Program-made: the position numbers and the translations under genes
Source: a virus
Taxonomy: Duplodnaviria; Caudoviricetes
DNA length: 64,000 bases
Virus record (IMG/VR): IMGVR_UViG_2693429913_000001
Coordinates: 7,081 to 71,080 of that record
Strand: one strand, 5' to 3'
Notes under the pieces: model-generated
What the model saw: the letters and a program-made list of their open reading frames with translations, nothing else
Told to the model about the DNA's origin: nothing
Database searches by the model: none
In this document: positions 1-9,417 of the stretch, one piece after another
How the letters are laid out: every line of letters starts with the position of its first letter
Position numbering within the stretch: position 1 is the stretch's first letter

Positions 1-1004
1 CTCGTAACAATCATTAAGCTGTCTTCCACATCATCAAAGGAGATCTTCTTCTCTCCCTTGGTATATAAGTTCTGGTCTTTTAGGAACTTATCAAGGACAA
101 AGGTAAAGGAGTTTTTTACGAAATCCTCTGGTGTACCACCATTCTCTAGCCATGAAGAATTGTGATAATAACGGCTAAATGAGGTCTCACGATTGAAGCT
201 GAAATAGATATCTGCTTTAATCTTGTAATCCTTATCATTCTCGTTGTCTCTTCCTTTTTGTTCCGTAGTCCATTTCACAACATCAGTAAGAGAGTGTTCC
301 TCTGAAGAAATGGATCGAATATAGTCCTTCACACCATCTTGAAAGTAAAAAACTTGCTCTTCCTCTAGTTGTTCATTCTTAAAGAGAAACTTTAAACCTC
401 CATTCACGATCGCTTGATCTTGAAGGGTGGTAATAATGAAATCATCATCAATCTCACTTTTCCCACGAAACACTTCTGCACTCGGTCTCCAAGTGATCGT
501 TGTACCGATCGCTATTTTTCCCTCATTTTTGCAAATCTGTATTCCATCCGATGTTTCTACGCCTTTTTCATACTCAACCTGATAGACCTTCCCACTTGAA
601 GCATGCACTGTTACTTGAAAGAAATCGGAAGTATAATTCGTTCCCGTGGCTCCAACGCCATTCGTGCCCAAACTATACTGATAACTTCCACCGTCTTCTT
701 CATTGTTCTGATACTTTCCACCTGCCCACAGCTCATCAAATACTTTCTTATATGACCAGTCTCCCACTCTATTTTGATCCATGGGAACTCCACGTCCAAA
801 GTCACGCACAGTTACTGAGCCATCTACATGCTTTGTAACGATAATCTCTTTACCCCATCCCGCTCGATGCTCATCAATGGAGTTTCCTAAAATCTCTAAG
901 AAGGTATGGTTATGAGATTCCAACCCAATCGAAGCTGGCTTGGCTCGCACTCCGCCCAGTATACCCAGCGATTGAATGGAATCTGAAGTATATGTATGAC
1001 TCAA
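1..1004 (-). CDS. type IIA DNA topoisomerase subunit B (GyrB/ParE-like), 3' end outside the window
   Basis: Not in the ORF track (no stop in window). N-terminal part translated by hand from TTG at 1004 (RBS GAGGGAGG): MSHTYTSDSIQSLG...LEILGNSIDEHRAGWG...VTVRDFGRGVPM...ELWAGGKY...SLGTNGVGA, the GHKL ATPase motifs of GyrB/ParE. Confidence 0.9.
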   Translation of the reverse strand, partial: MSHTYTSDSIQSLGILGGVRAKPASIGLESHNHTFLEILGNSIDEHRAGWGKEIIVTKHVDGSVTVRDFGRGVPMDQNRVGDWSYKKVFDELWAGGKYQNNEEDGGSYQYSLGTNGVGATGTNYTSDFFQVTVHASSGKVYQVEYEKGVETSDGIQICKNEGKIAIGTTITWRPSAEVFRGKSEIDDDFIITTLQDQAIVNGGLKFLFKNEQLEEEQVFYFQDGVKDYIRSISSEEHSLTDVVKWTTEQKGRDNENDKDYKIKADIYFSFNRETSFSRYYHNSSWLENGGTPEDFVKNSFTFVLDKFLKDQNLYTKGEKKISFDDVEDSLMIVT

Positions 1005-1069
1005 AGAAGAGACCTCCCTCATTCATTTATGCTACTAGATTACACTGCTTGTCCGAACGTCTAAAGGAA

Positions 1070-1099
1070 CATACTATGACAAACGATGGGTACGGTCAA
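1070..1099 (-). promoter_or_regulatory. putative promoter of the topoisomerase gene
   Basis: Minus strand TTGACC-17-TAGTAT (sigmaA-like); also readable as AC-N16-CATAGTATG (sigmaK-like). Confidence 0.35.
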
Positions 1100-1115
1100 T
1101 GTGATTTTTTCTTTT

Positions 1116-2735
1116 TCAAGCTAAGGAATAGTCATCGATCATGATTTGTGGGACGACGATCTTTTTCCTTAAACCAAAGTGGAACCACTCATTCCATCTC
1201 AGTTCGCCCACTACCGCTACTTCATCGAAACAACTCAATTCAGAACCATATTCTCCATCCGTTCTGAATTTGATTAGTTCACAATCATCCAAAGTATCAA
1301 TCTTTATTGTATCCTTCATTTTACCGATGACAACTCTTTTATCTACCACAATCCCATTGACTTTTACAGATATCTTTGGGAATCCATTCCCTGTTATCCG
1401 ATTGATTCTCTCAATTTCGTCGATATAATTCGGGATCTCCGTTATATTGATTTCTAGATCGTACATAAGAGATGGCTCGTTTATTTGTGGGATATGCCAA
1501 TCAATATACCGTCCAAAGTCTTGTAGCCGCTCTTCCTTGAGAAACAATCCCCCAGCACTCTCATGTCCTACTGCCTCAATATTCCCAAACCCTTGGAGGA
1601 AAGTCTTAAAAGGAAAGCCATTATAGGTTCGAAAACTACCTGAGATTACTCCATCTATGGCACTCCCTACAATAGCAGGGCGTTGAAAAGTTTGAGCTAT
1701 TTGCTGTGCAATCAAACCATTGAACCCCTTACTGGCTTGTTCATCAATGACGATCATTACTTTTTGTTTATCATCCAAATGCTTCATATAGCGGTTTGCA
1801 ATCTCTTTCTGACGCTTTTTTCTTTTCTCATTTATGCTCTTCATTTCTTGCAAGATCTTATGGCAAACTCTATCATCATCTTCCAAGAGTAAATCAATCG
1901 CCAACTTGATCTTATCCATTCTCGCAACACCATTTAATAGTGGAGCAATGGTAAATCCAATCACACTTGCGTTCATCTTATCGATGTTGATGTTAGCACC
2001 CTTTAACAGTTGTTTGATACCTGTATTTTGTATGTTCTGGAGCCCATATTGGATTATAAAGCGATTCTCCAGTACATCTACTTTCATTACATCGGCGTAC
2101 ATCCCAATTGCCACCAGATCTAAAAACTGATAGGGATCAACTTGTCCCAAAGTATCCTCCATCACTTGAATCACCTTGAAAACTACGCCTGCCCCGCTAA
2201 GGTGTGTATTCGGATATTCGCAACCTTCTTGTTGTGGATTGACGATGGTTGCATACGGATTGAGACGTTCAATAGAATGGTGGTCGAGGATGATGATATC
2301 GACCCCCTGTTCCTCTCTAATTTCCTTACATATCTCAACATCATTGGAGGATGAATCGATAATGATTAAGAGATCGGTTTCCTCTTCGATTTGATTGATT
2401 TGATTCTCTATCCCGTGCCCCTTACTACGCTCACTGTATGTGTAGTAGAGGTTGTTCGAGTAATTATTAAGGTATCGCAACATCGTACTCGTTGCTGTTA
2501 TCCCATCTGCATCTGGATCGAACGAGAGGCAAATGCGCTCGTTTTTCCCAATTGCTTTTATAATCCTGTTGCTGGCTTCCTCGATATTCTTCATCAGATA
2601 CGGATCATATAATTCTTGTATAGTCGGATTAAGGAAGCGATCCATATCTTTTATTCCACGGACTTTGGCAATCTTATCGTAAACGGAGTCGTGTTTTCTA
2701 AACGACTTTTCTGGTCTTCTCTGTACCCAATCCAA
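1116..2735 (-). CDS. recJ: RecJ-like ssDNA exonuclease (DHH family; SPbeta YorK-like)
   Basis: DPDADG, ILDHH and GHESAGG motifs; N-terminal DPYLMKNIEEA typical of RecJ. Confidence 0.9.
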   Translation of the reverse strand: MDWVQRRPEKSFRKHDSVYDKIAKVRGIKDMDRFLNPTIQELYDPYLMKNIEEASNRIIKAIGKNERICLSFDPDADGITATSTMLRYLNNYSNNLYYTYSERSKGHGIENQINQIEEETDLLIIIDSSSNDVEICKEIREEQGVDIIILDHHSIERLNPYATIVNPQQEGCEYPNTHLSGAGVVFKVIQVMEDTLGQVDPYQFLDLVAIGMYADVMKVDVLENRFIIQYGLQNIQNTGIKQLLKGANINIDKMNASVIGFTIAPLLNGVARMDKIKLAIDLLLEDDDRVCHKILQEMKSINEKRKKRQKEIANRYMKHLDDKQKVMIVIDEQASKGFNGLIAQQIAQTFQRPAIVGSAIDGVISGSFRTYNGFPFKTFLQGFGNIEAVGHESAGGLFLKEERLQDFGRYIDWHIPQINEPSLMYDLEINITEIPNYIDEIERINRITGNGFPKISVKVNGIVVDKRVVIGKMKDTIKIDTLDDCELIKFRTDGEYGSELSCFDEVAVVGELRWNEWFHFGLRKKIVVPQIMIDDYSLA

Positions 2736-2871
2736 ACGCTTTCGCTCCTTCTTCCTCTAGATGAAAAAACTCCTTAGAAAAATATAAATTCAATTCGGCC
2801 ATTTCTTTATAGCCTCTAGCAAGCACGCTCCATCTTTCCTTCCAAACATTCTTTCCCACGCCTTCTTGCAT
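2698..2871 (-). CDS. small AimX/MazE(EndoAI)-like MazF-binding peptide, 57 aa
   Basis: Below the ORF-track cutoff. RBS GAGGTGG, ATG at 2871; MQEGVGKNVWKERWSVLARGYKEMAELNLYFSKEFFHLEEEGAKAFGLGTEKTRKVV carries GYxEMAxxNLxxSxE..HLE.E, like the C-terminus of Bacillus MazE and like AimX (recalled sequences). Confidence 0.7.
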   Translation of the reverse strand: MQEGVGKNVWKERWSVLARGYKEMAELNLYFSKEFFHLEEEGAKAFGLGTEKTRKVV

Positions 2872-2880
2872 GTGACCACC

Positions 2881-3942
2881 TCAAACATGGATTGGATAAA
2901 TATCATTCTGAACAAGCCGATTCCAAATATCTATTCCTTGATCAATAGGAGAGTTTTTTTGATGTAGTAAATTCTGTGTATCAAACATTCCAAACACCTG
3001 ATGATCTTGGAGTTTCATTGCTTGGTTCTTTATGTCTTTAGCAGATTTACCTTGATCATAGCAGAGTATGATCTGAATATCTTTTCCTAAACTCTGGAGC
3101 AGACGAGCCTGCTCCAGAGAGAGTTCACTTCCCCCGATTCCAACTGTATTATATATTCCATGACTACATGCTTTCATCGGGGATTTTTCTGCTTCGAAAA
3201 CATAGACTCGTCCACTTTCAAGTATATGTTCGAGAGCCCGATGATAATTAAACAGCTCTAAACTATTTTTACATTTGTATGGATAGAGATACTTCCTATC
3301 ATCTTCCTCGTCTTTCATAATACGCCCCTTCACACCAACTAATTGCCCTGATTGGTTTCGAATCGGTATGGTGATTCTTTTGGTTTCCAAATCAAAACCG
3401 ATTTCATATGATAGTTGTGTTTCATATGAAATTCCTTCCTCGATCCACCCTTGAAAAGGAAGAGGGCTATCTTGAAAATAGTATTGATTCAGGATGGACT
3501 CAGGAAGAATGGGATTAGTCATGTGTTCGTTAGCTGTTTTTCTCTCTTTGCGCACTTTTACTAGCCAATCGATGCTATGCACCATTTTGTCTAATTGTAG
3601 TTGGCATATTTGGCTAATATATCGTTTTGAGTTAAATACATCGCTTGGAATTTCTGCCCCAGTTTTCCGATGATGTATATAAGAAACAAGTGCAAAAATA
3701 TCACCTGAAAAGTCAGCTCTACTTCGAATCACACAGGGCAAAGACTCCGTTAAACGGACTTGTACGGATCTTTTATTATCCGACTCTGGAAGACCACAAG
3801 TCAGGAGTGACCCTCGCTGTTCATACTTTAGATGATGGCATCCAATTGAATCGAGAAGAATCTCCATTTTTTCTGGACAATCTAGAAGTAGTTGTTTAAT
3901 CATTTGAAAATCATTCAATACTAAATCGCTCATTCGAAGCAC
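2881..3942 (-). CDS. DNA primase (YorJ-like, TOPRIM)
   Basis: RITIPIRN..GQLVGVKGR, VFEAEKS and LCYDQG TOPRIM motifs; adjacent to the helicase. Confidence 0.85.
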   Translation of the reverse strand: MLRMSDLVLNDFQMIKQLLLDCPEKMEILLDSIGCHHLKYEQRGSLLTCGLPESDNKRSVQVRLTESLPCVIRSRADFSGDIFALVSYIHHRKTGAEIPSDVFNSKRYISQICQLQLDKMVHSIDWLVKVRKERKTANEHMTNPILPESILNQYYFQDSPLPFQGWIEEGISYETQLSYEIGFDLETKRITIPIRNQSGQLVGVKGRIMKDEEDDRKYLYPYKCKNSLELFNYHRALEHILESGRVYVFEAEKSPMKACSHGIYNTVGIGGSELSLEQARLLQSLGKDIQIILCYDQGKSAKDIKNQAMKLQDHQVFGMFDTQNLLHQKNSPIDQGIDIWNRLVQNDIYPIHV

Positions 3943-3956
3943 CTACTCATTATAAG

Positions 3957-5471
3957 CTACACTTTCGACATCCTCATAACATCAAAATAAGCTACTTCCT
4001 TCCATGTATTGAACGTATAGTTCACCTCATACACAATCCCTGTCTCCGCTTCGCCCTCACGGTTCTTCGCAATAAAGAGGAGCATGTACATTTTCTCTAT
4101 ATTCAAATCGTATTTTCTTTTTCTCCATTCACCTGATGTCTTAAATTTTTCCTCATCCCAATTGTAGGCATAAATGGCATTGCTCCCACCTTCATACTCA
4201 TCCGAAAATATCAGTCGCCCCATCAATACAACTCCAGCAACTTCTACTATTTCAAGCGATTTCCCAATCGATGATAGATCTAGGGTTCGATATTCCTTCC
4301 CAATCTTCAACTGCACTGTAGCCAACGTTGCACAGTTATTGGCATCTGGTTTGATCACATCATAGAGAGTTTGGGCTGAATTACTAAACGCTTCCCACCG
4401 AGCATGATCCCCATTTCCCACTTCAGGCTTAAAGGTATCGAAAAACACGTACTTGTAACCGAGAGGTCTATATAGTTCAATCCGACTGGTGACATCATCA
4501 ATGCGATACTTTGTTAACCCAACGAACTTAATCATGTCAGAACGGTGCTTTCTTAACCAATCTCTCGCTTCTAACAATTTACTCTTCGTTTCTTCATCGA
4601 AATTACCCTTTGCTAATTTTGAACGAGGGATTGGCTTATTCAAGATACTTGAGGCAACAGTAGCTATAAGCAGTGTTCTCCACTTCAATACGCCTTCCTC
4701 ATTTGCGAAAATAATTCCTTTTTCATTACTTCGTAGTAGACTCATGATCCCAGTATGCATGCCAAACGAGGTTTTCCCCATTCCAGACGACATCACGAGA
4801 TAGATTAAAGTCCCTTCTTTCCAACCTTTAACTTTGTTATTGAGACGAGGAGTTTCAAAAAATGGCATCCCTACCGTTTCTCCCCGATCCATCAGCTCAA
4901 TCGTTTCATCTATATGATCAAGAAGGTTGTGTTCCTTCACTTCGCCAGAGTTAATGTGCATAAATGCCTCTTTGTTCTTGAACTGGAAGAACATCTTCAA
5001 TTGAGAGAGGTTCATTTTCACCAGTTTATCGATTAAATGAGGATTATGAGTATTAATCAATCCGTCTTTCGAAAACTTCCTTAGCGTCCAATATTTCTGC
5101 ACTTCTGTAAAATGATACTCATCATTTTCTTTATCTATATCACATTCGCTTTGTAGGAGTCGTATCGTTTCATAACCGCCAAACTCGTGATAGTAATGTC
5201 CAATGCCTTTGCTATGTTCCTTCTCATATCTGGAGTTTACAAAGGAATACACAGTGACATCATCAAAGGTACGTACCCCATGATCATACATCTCTTTACC
5301 AAGCCAATAGTAGTAAAACCAAATATCTTTGGTAAATGTGTCCCGTTCAATGGTATGACTTCGATATTTTTGGTAGAGGCTGGGTGTCCTCCATAAATAT
5401 CCAACATATAGTTGCTCATGTATTTCACTCGGAGTAATAAACTTGTGCTCATGGGTTTCTTGTTCTTGCAA
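3957..5471 (-). CDS. DnaB-like replicative helicase (YorI-like)
   Basis: Walker A SSGMGKTS, FFDTFK Walker B, ATVQL, IAKNREG. Confidence 0.88.
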   Translation of the reverse strand: MQEQETHEHKFITPSEIHEQLYVGYLWRTPSLYQKYRSHTIERDTFTKDIWFYYYWLGKEMYDHGVRTFDDVTVYSFVNSRYEKEHSKGIGHYYHEFGGYETIRLLQSECDIDKENDEYHFTEVQKYWTLRKFSKDGLINTHNPHLIDKLVKMNLSQLKMFFQFKNKEAFMHINSGEVKEHNLLDHIDETIELMDRGETVGMPFFETPRLNNKVKGWKEGTLIYLVMSSGMGKTSFGMHTGIMSLLRSNEKGIIFANEEGVLKWRTLLIATVASSILNKPIPRSKLAKGNFDEETKSKLLEARDWLRKHRSDMIKFVGLTKYRIDDVTSRIELYRPLGYKYVFFDTFKPEVGNGDHARWEAFSNSAQTLYDVIKPDANNCATLATVQLKIGKEYRTLDLSSIGKSLEIVEVAGVVLMGRLIFSDEYEGGSNAIYAYNWDEEKFKTSGEWRKRKYDLNIEKMYMLLFIAKNREGEAETGIVYEVNYTFNTWKEVAYFDVMRMSKV

Positions 5472-5485
5472 TTGAAATCACCGCC

Positions 5486-6064
5486 TCATAGGAAATCCGA
5501 TATATCCATTTCATCTGATTTTTTTGCTCCTACAAAGGTATATTCTCTATCCTCATGATGTTGATCCTTGGTATATACCCTTCGTTTAGAAATTTCCTCT
5601 CTCATTTCTTGTTCTCTTCTCTGTTTTTCAATGATCGGCAACTTATCACTCATAATCACTAAACCGTATCGAAATGCCTGCATAAATCCGCTAAACTCTT
5701 TCTTCCTGTTCCAATAGCGAATCGTTTCAGAGCAATGACTATATGCTTCTGAAATTAGTGAGAAATCATAACCTTCCTTGGTTTTCTTTATACGTTTCCC
5801 ATAAATCTCTTCCCCATTGCGTATTTTTTGTAGCAAGGGAAATGCAACCGTTGGGATAATTTTCACATCATATATCTCTTTGATGACATCAACTAACTGA
5901 TCTAATTCATTTCTTTCCTTATCTTTAAACTCTCTATCTTCTAGATGCTTCTTAAAGCAATCCTTATGGTAATACTTCTTTTGTTTGTATTGCGTTTCAA
6001 ATTCCATTTCATCTTTTGTTGTGTCAGATACTTTACACCAATTGCATTTTAGTATTCGAGCCAT
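5486..6064 (-). CDS. YorH-like protein (N-terminal Zn-binding CxxC...HxxC; possible helicase loader/initiator)
   Basis: CNWC...YYHKDC; position upstream of the helicase; acidic C-terminus DISDFL. Confidence 0.6.
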   Translation of the reverse strand: MARILKCNWCKVSDTTKDEMEFETQYKQKKYYHKDCFKKHLEDREFKDKERNELDQLVDVIKEIYDVKIIPTVAFPLLQKIRNGEEIYGKRIKKTKEGYDFSLISEAYSHCSETIRYWNRKKEFSGFMQAFRYGLVIMSDKLPIIEKQRREQEMREEISKRRVYTKDQHHEDREYTFVGAKKSDEMDISDFL

Positions 6065-6076
6065 AATTGCCTCCGT

Positions 6077-6361
6077 TTATTCCAGCTTTTGATGTTTTTC
6101 CAATGCCATAACTGTCATCACTGCATAGTTAGCTAAGTCAAGAAGAGTATCTGCAATGCTTTCATCTTTTACTTTTGCTTCATTAACCGATAATTGCTTT
6201 AATCTCTTCATCTTGTCATCCAAACGAATAATGGAAGATAAGATTCCATACTCTCTAAATTGGTCTTCGAAACTATTTCCATAATCAGCATTCTTCTTTA
6301 TATATATTTCATGCATGGAATCCAGTACCGCCTTATGGAAATCTGTATTGGATCGGTTCAT
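6077..6361 (-). CDS. DUF1599 / nucleotide-modification-associated domain protein
   Basis: KKNADYGNSF...RLDDKMKRL...DESIADTLLDLANYA signature. Confidence 0.8.
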   Translation of the reverse strand: MNRSNTDFHKAVLDSMHEIYIKKNADYGNSFEDQFREYGILSSIIRLDDKMKRLKQLSVNEAKVKDESIADTLLDLANYAVMTVMALEKHQKLE

Positions 6362-6391
6362 ATAAGCAAATATCCTCCTAAGTTATATAAA

Positions 6392-6418
6392 AATAGTAGC
6401 CCTGTACGAGCTACTATT
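6392..6418 (-). terminator. intrinsic terminator-like hairpin
   Basis: AATAGTAGC/GCTACTATT stem followed by a T-run on the minus strand. Confidence 0.5.
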
Positions 6419-6429
6419 CTGTTGGTATA

Positions 6430-7499
6430 TCAGTGTTGTTTCAATTCGTCTAAATAATCGATTGCCTTTTTTAGTGCATCCATATCATTTGATTTTCGGA
6501 AGTTAGCATCACCAAGGATTTCTCGAAATTTCTCTGCAACCTCTTTTTTTCTATCACTACTTAACTCCGCAACTTTACCCTGAATCTCCTCAATTAGTTC
6601 AGAGAGAGATTTATGTTCTCCTAGACTCTTGTTCGCTTGAGAACTCGTTTTGGCTTGTTCTATTTTGGCGGTCTCTATTGCTTCAGTGTCATTACTATAT
6701 AGTTCTAGAATCGTTTTATTGAATTCACATAAAAATGTCTGAACATCCAAATCTATTTCAGTAGGGAAGTTGCGAAATCTCGTTCCACAAAGAATATTGC
6801 CGTCACTACGGAATCTCAACTTCCGCCTTTCAATTGGCTTTCCATCTTTTCCCTTTTCAACAAATAAGTCTCCGTAGATAATCATATCTGCTTCACAAGC
6901 GATAATGTCTGATGTCTTAGTTTGCAAGTTAAACGTTGTATAGTCGTATTCAAATCCATCTCGGTTAGTAATTTTTTTATTTTTTTCATGCCCGATTATA
7001 AAAACACCAAATCCTGCCTTTAGCGATCAATCTGCTTATAAATCTCTTCTGATACGAGGGTGTAACCTTTACCCCATGGAATGTCGGATATGTCAGTGTA
7101 TCGTTTCCCATCTTGTCTACCCTCTCGCTTTGATATAAATGATATAGCATATCGTTCCAATGCAGTGATGGTATCGATAATGATAAAACGAAAAGGAATT
7201 TCGTCTTTGTATTCAATCAGCTCATCAATTACCTCGATAAACCCCTTACTTTCTACATTCGACGATGAATCTTCTGCGTAGTCAAAGTCTGTAACTGGAA
7301 TTGCCTTTACGCCCGATATCGTCTTATATCCTATTTCTGTAGCCAATAGTAAAATAGGGTCCCAACTTCCATAATGTTCTTTAGCTAAATCAAGTGCAAA
7401 GGTTGTTTTTCCAAACTTACTTTTTCCTAACATACTAATGAAATAGCCATCCAACGAAGCGACAGGCTTATTTGGTTCCAAATGTTTTAAGAAAGACAT
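6430..7499 (-). pseudogene. YorG-like AAA ATPase (Sak4/AAA_24-type) split by a frameshift at ~7020
   Basis: 7020..7499 has Walker A GKSKFGKTT and IIIDT, then stops at ...IDR*. The -1 frame continues LKAGFGVFIIGHEK...FNLQTKTSDII directly into ORF 6430..6927. Confidence 0.8.
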
Positions 7500-7539
7500 G
7501 TATCAATCTCCTTTTCTAATAGTTACTTAATGATGTCGA

Positions 7540-8661
7540 TTAAAAAGGCAATTCCAATTCATCATCTAAGTCATGTTTCGCCTTAAACGGGTTTGATCTA
7601 CTGCTACTTCTACCACCTAATTCTTCTACCAGCTTGTCCTCTCCAAAAAGTACATCCTTCACGAAATCTTCTTCCTGATACACTTTTTTGTCCCATGCTC
7701 GAACACCTTCTATCTGTAATTCGCTTATGTATGACTTAGAGGACCAAGAACGTGCATGGTTCGGTTTTGCTCGCCCTCCTAAAGCTAACAACAAATCCTC
7801 TTCCTCACGAAAATCTTCTTGGATAATAACTCGATTCACTATATTACCGTCAATTTTTATTACATCACCAAAATGAAACTTTTTTTGGAGGTTTGATGCC
7901 AATCGGTACATTGTTTCATCTATGCCACCTTTACCATCTGAAAAATCGAGGGCAAATTCACTATCAGCAAAGTTTGTTCTTTTATCAATCATACGCCCTG
8001 TCACATAAGCTTTTGAATTATCTCTATCTAACTCTACTCCAATGAACACCATTGCTTGTTCAAAAAATGAAAGTTCTTTGAATTCATTTGAATCAAATTC
8101 TATGTCTTCTTTCTGTTTTGTAATTCTTTTGATCCAAAAGTTTCTACTTCTTTTTTTTTCACCATTTCTACTTTCATATTCGCTATAGTTGATTTCACCC
8201 TCTATTAGAACAGAGTCGCCATTTTTGAAACAATCATGTATGTATTTAGAAGCAGTATATCTTGGCATCCCTTCCTTAACGATTCTTCCCGTTTCTTCAT
8301 CACTCACAAAAATCTTAGTTTGGAGAACTTCATATCCATCTGCTTCTAGTTTCTTCTTATTCTTAATCCACTCGCCATAGGCAACCATCTCTCCTTTGTA
8401 TTTAACCTTTTTTACTTTAGCTTCATTTGCCAATTTTTGATTCCATAGATGTACTTCTTTTGGTTGATAATCATGCATTTCAATTAGGATCTCATTGGTT
8501 TCAGAAGTCTTTACTCCAAAACGTAATTTTCGATACGTCTCTCCTTTTCGTTTCCCTTGCGCAGATACTTCTTCGTTAAAAGCCCCTTGTCGATCTAATC
8601 TAGTTAATTTACCCATTAACTTAAATTCATTTTTAGTTTGCTTCAATTCATTTGCCATCAA
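7540..8661 (-). CDS. phage single-stranded DNA-binding protein (YorF-like)
   Basis: OB-fold-like segments (NEFKLMGKL; GDSVLIEGEINYSEY), SSB-type acidic tail DDELELPF, first gene of the replication operon. Confidence 0.75.
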   Translation of the reverse strand: MMANELKQTKNEFKLMGKLTRLDRQGAFNEEVSAQGKRKGETYRKLRFGVKTSETNEILIEMHDYQPKEVHLWNQKLANEAKVKKVKYKGEMVAYGEWIKNKKKLEADGYEVLQTKIFVSDEETGRIVKEGMPRYTASKYIHDCFKNGDSVLIEGEINYSEYESRNGEKKRSRNFWIKRITKQKEDIEFDSNEFKELSFFEQAMVFIGVELDRDNSKAYVTGRMIDKRTNFADSEFALDFSDGKGGIDETMYRLASNLQKKFHFGDVIKIDGNIVNRVIIQEDFREEEDLLLALGGRAKPNHARSWSSKSYISELQIEGVRAWDKKVYQEEDFVKDVLFGEDKLVEELGGRSSSRSNPFKAKHDLDDELELPF

Positions 8662-8709
8662 TACACCACCAGTTATTATATAATTAATTTTATGTACATA
8701 ATCTAAAAA

Positions 8710-8744
8710 TTTATGGAAAGAGTATAATTAGCTCTTTCCATAAA
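8710..8744 (-). terminator. 13-bp stem hairpin in the leader of the replication operon
   Basis: TTTATGGAAAGAG...CTCTTTCCATAAA followed by TTTTT on the minus strand. Confidence 0.55.
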
Positions 8745-8763
8745 GAATGATTTTCATGCTTTT

Positions 8764-8793
8764 ATTATATCATTATTTTTATGTGCCAGTCAA
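8764..8793 (-). promoter_or_regulatory. sigmaA promoter of the replication operon with an operator-like motif in the spacer
   Basis: TTGACT-18-TATAAT with extended TG; spacer GGCACATAAAAATAAT matches the recurrent motif. Confidence 0.7.
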
Positions 8794-8797
8794 ACAC

Positions 8798-9256
8798 CTA
8801 CAGTATGTACTTTAAAATGCTAAAATTCTTGTTCTTCTTAAAATTTTCAAAGATACACTCAAGTGTAATCTTGCCATTATTGAGAGATTGTTTAATTAAG
8901 GATATATCAGTCACTTCAAATTGCAATAGAAACGTTGCTTCAAAAGCTATAGAAATTCCTTTGTTGTTACAGAGCTTTAAAAACTCTTCAAGCGTTATAC
9001 TAGAGCTCGATATTCTATACTCCCTGTAATCCATTAAATCCTCAATAGCATGCATATTGGTTCCGTAGTAGTTTCTGTAAAAATATTCACGTTCTCCGCT
9101 TGTTTTTAGTAATAGAAGCGCAATTGATGGTAAACATAAGTCATTGATAAGATTTTCCCAATCATCATTTGCTTTAATTAACATGAGATTCTCCTTCACA
9201 TAAAAATAGTATGAGATTCTCTCGTACATTTTTTCACTATAACAATGAACATTCAT
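8798..9256 (-). CDS. hypothetical protein (AT-rich)
   Basis: 152-aa ORF co-oriented with neighbours; no recognisable motif. Confidence 0.5.
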   Translation of the reverse strand: MNVHCYSEKMYERISYYFYVKENLMLIKANDDWENLINDLCLPSIALLLLKTSGEREYFYRNYYGTNMHAIEDLMDYREYRISSSSITLEEFLKLCNNKGISIAFEATFLLQFEVTDISLIKQSLNNGKITLECIFENFKKNKNFSILKYIL

Positions 9257-9417
9257 TCATTATAAATCTACTTCCAATTAATTATATACCTTTTTTTTGC
9301 AGTCAACAAACATTAACATATAATTTTTACTTATTATAATAGATTACACACTGTGATCGGTTAAAAAGAATTATCTCAGGATTGTTATTAGATTTAGAAC
9401 ATTCCCCAAAGATATCT

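Noticed and set aside
414-838. Track ORFs 414..599, 500..838 and 611..805
   Set aside because: Shadow or alternate frames of the topoisomerase B gene, which the track omitted because it has no stop in the window.
6986-7216. ORF 6986..7216, or a programmed frameshift in the yorG-like gene
   Set aside because: The ORF is an alternate frame with no RBS, and no X-XXY-YYZ slippery site precedes the premature stop.
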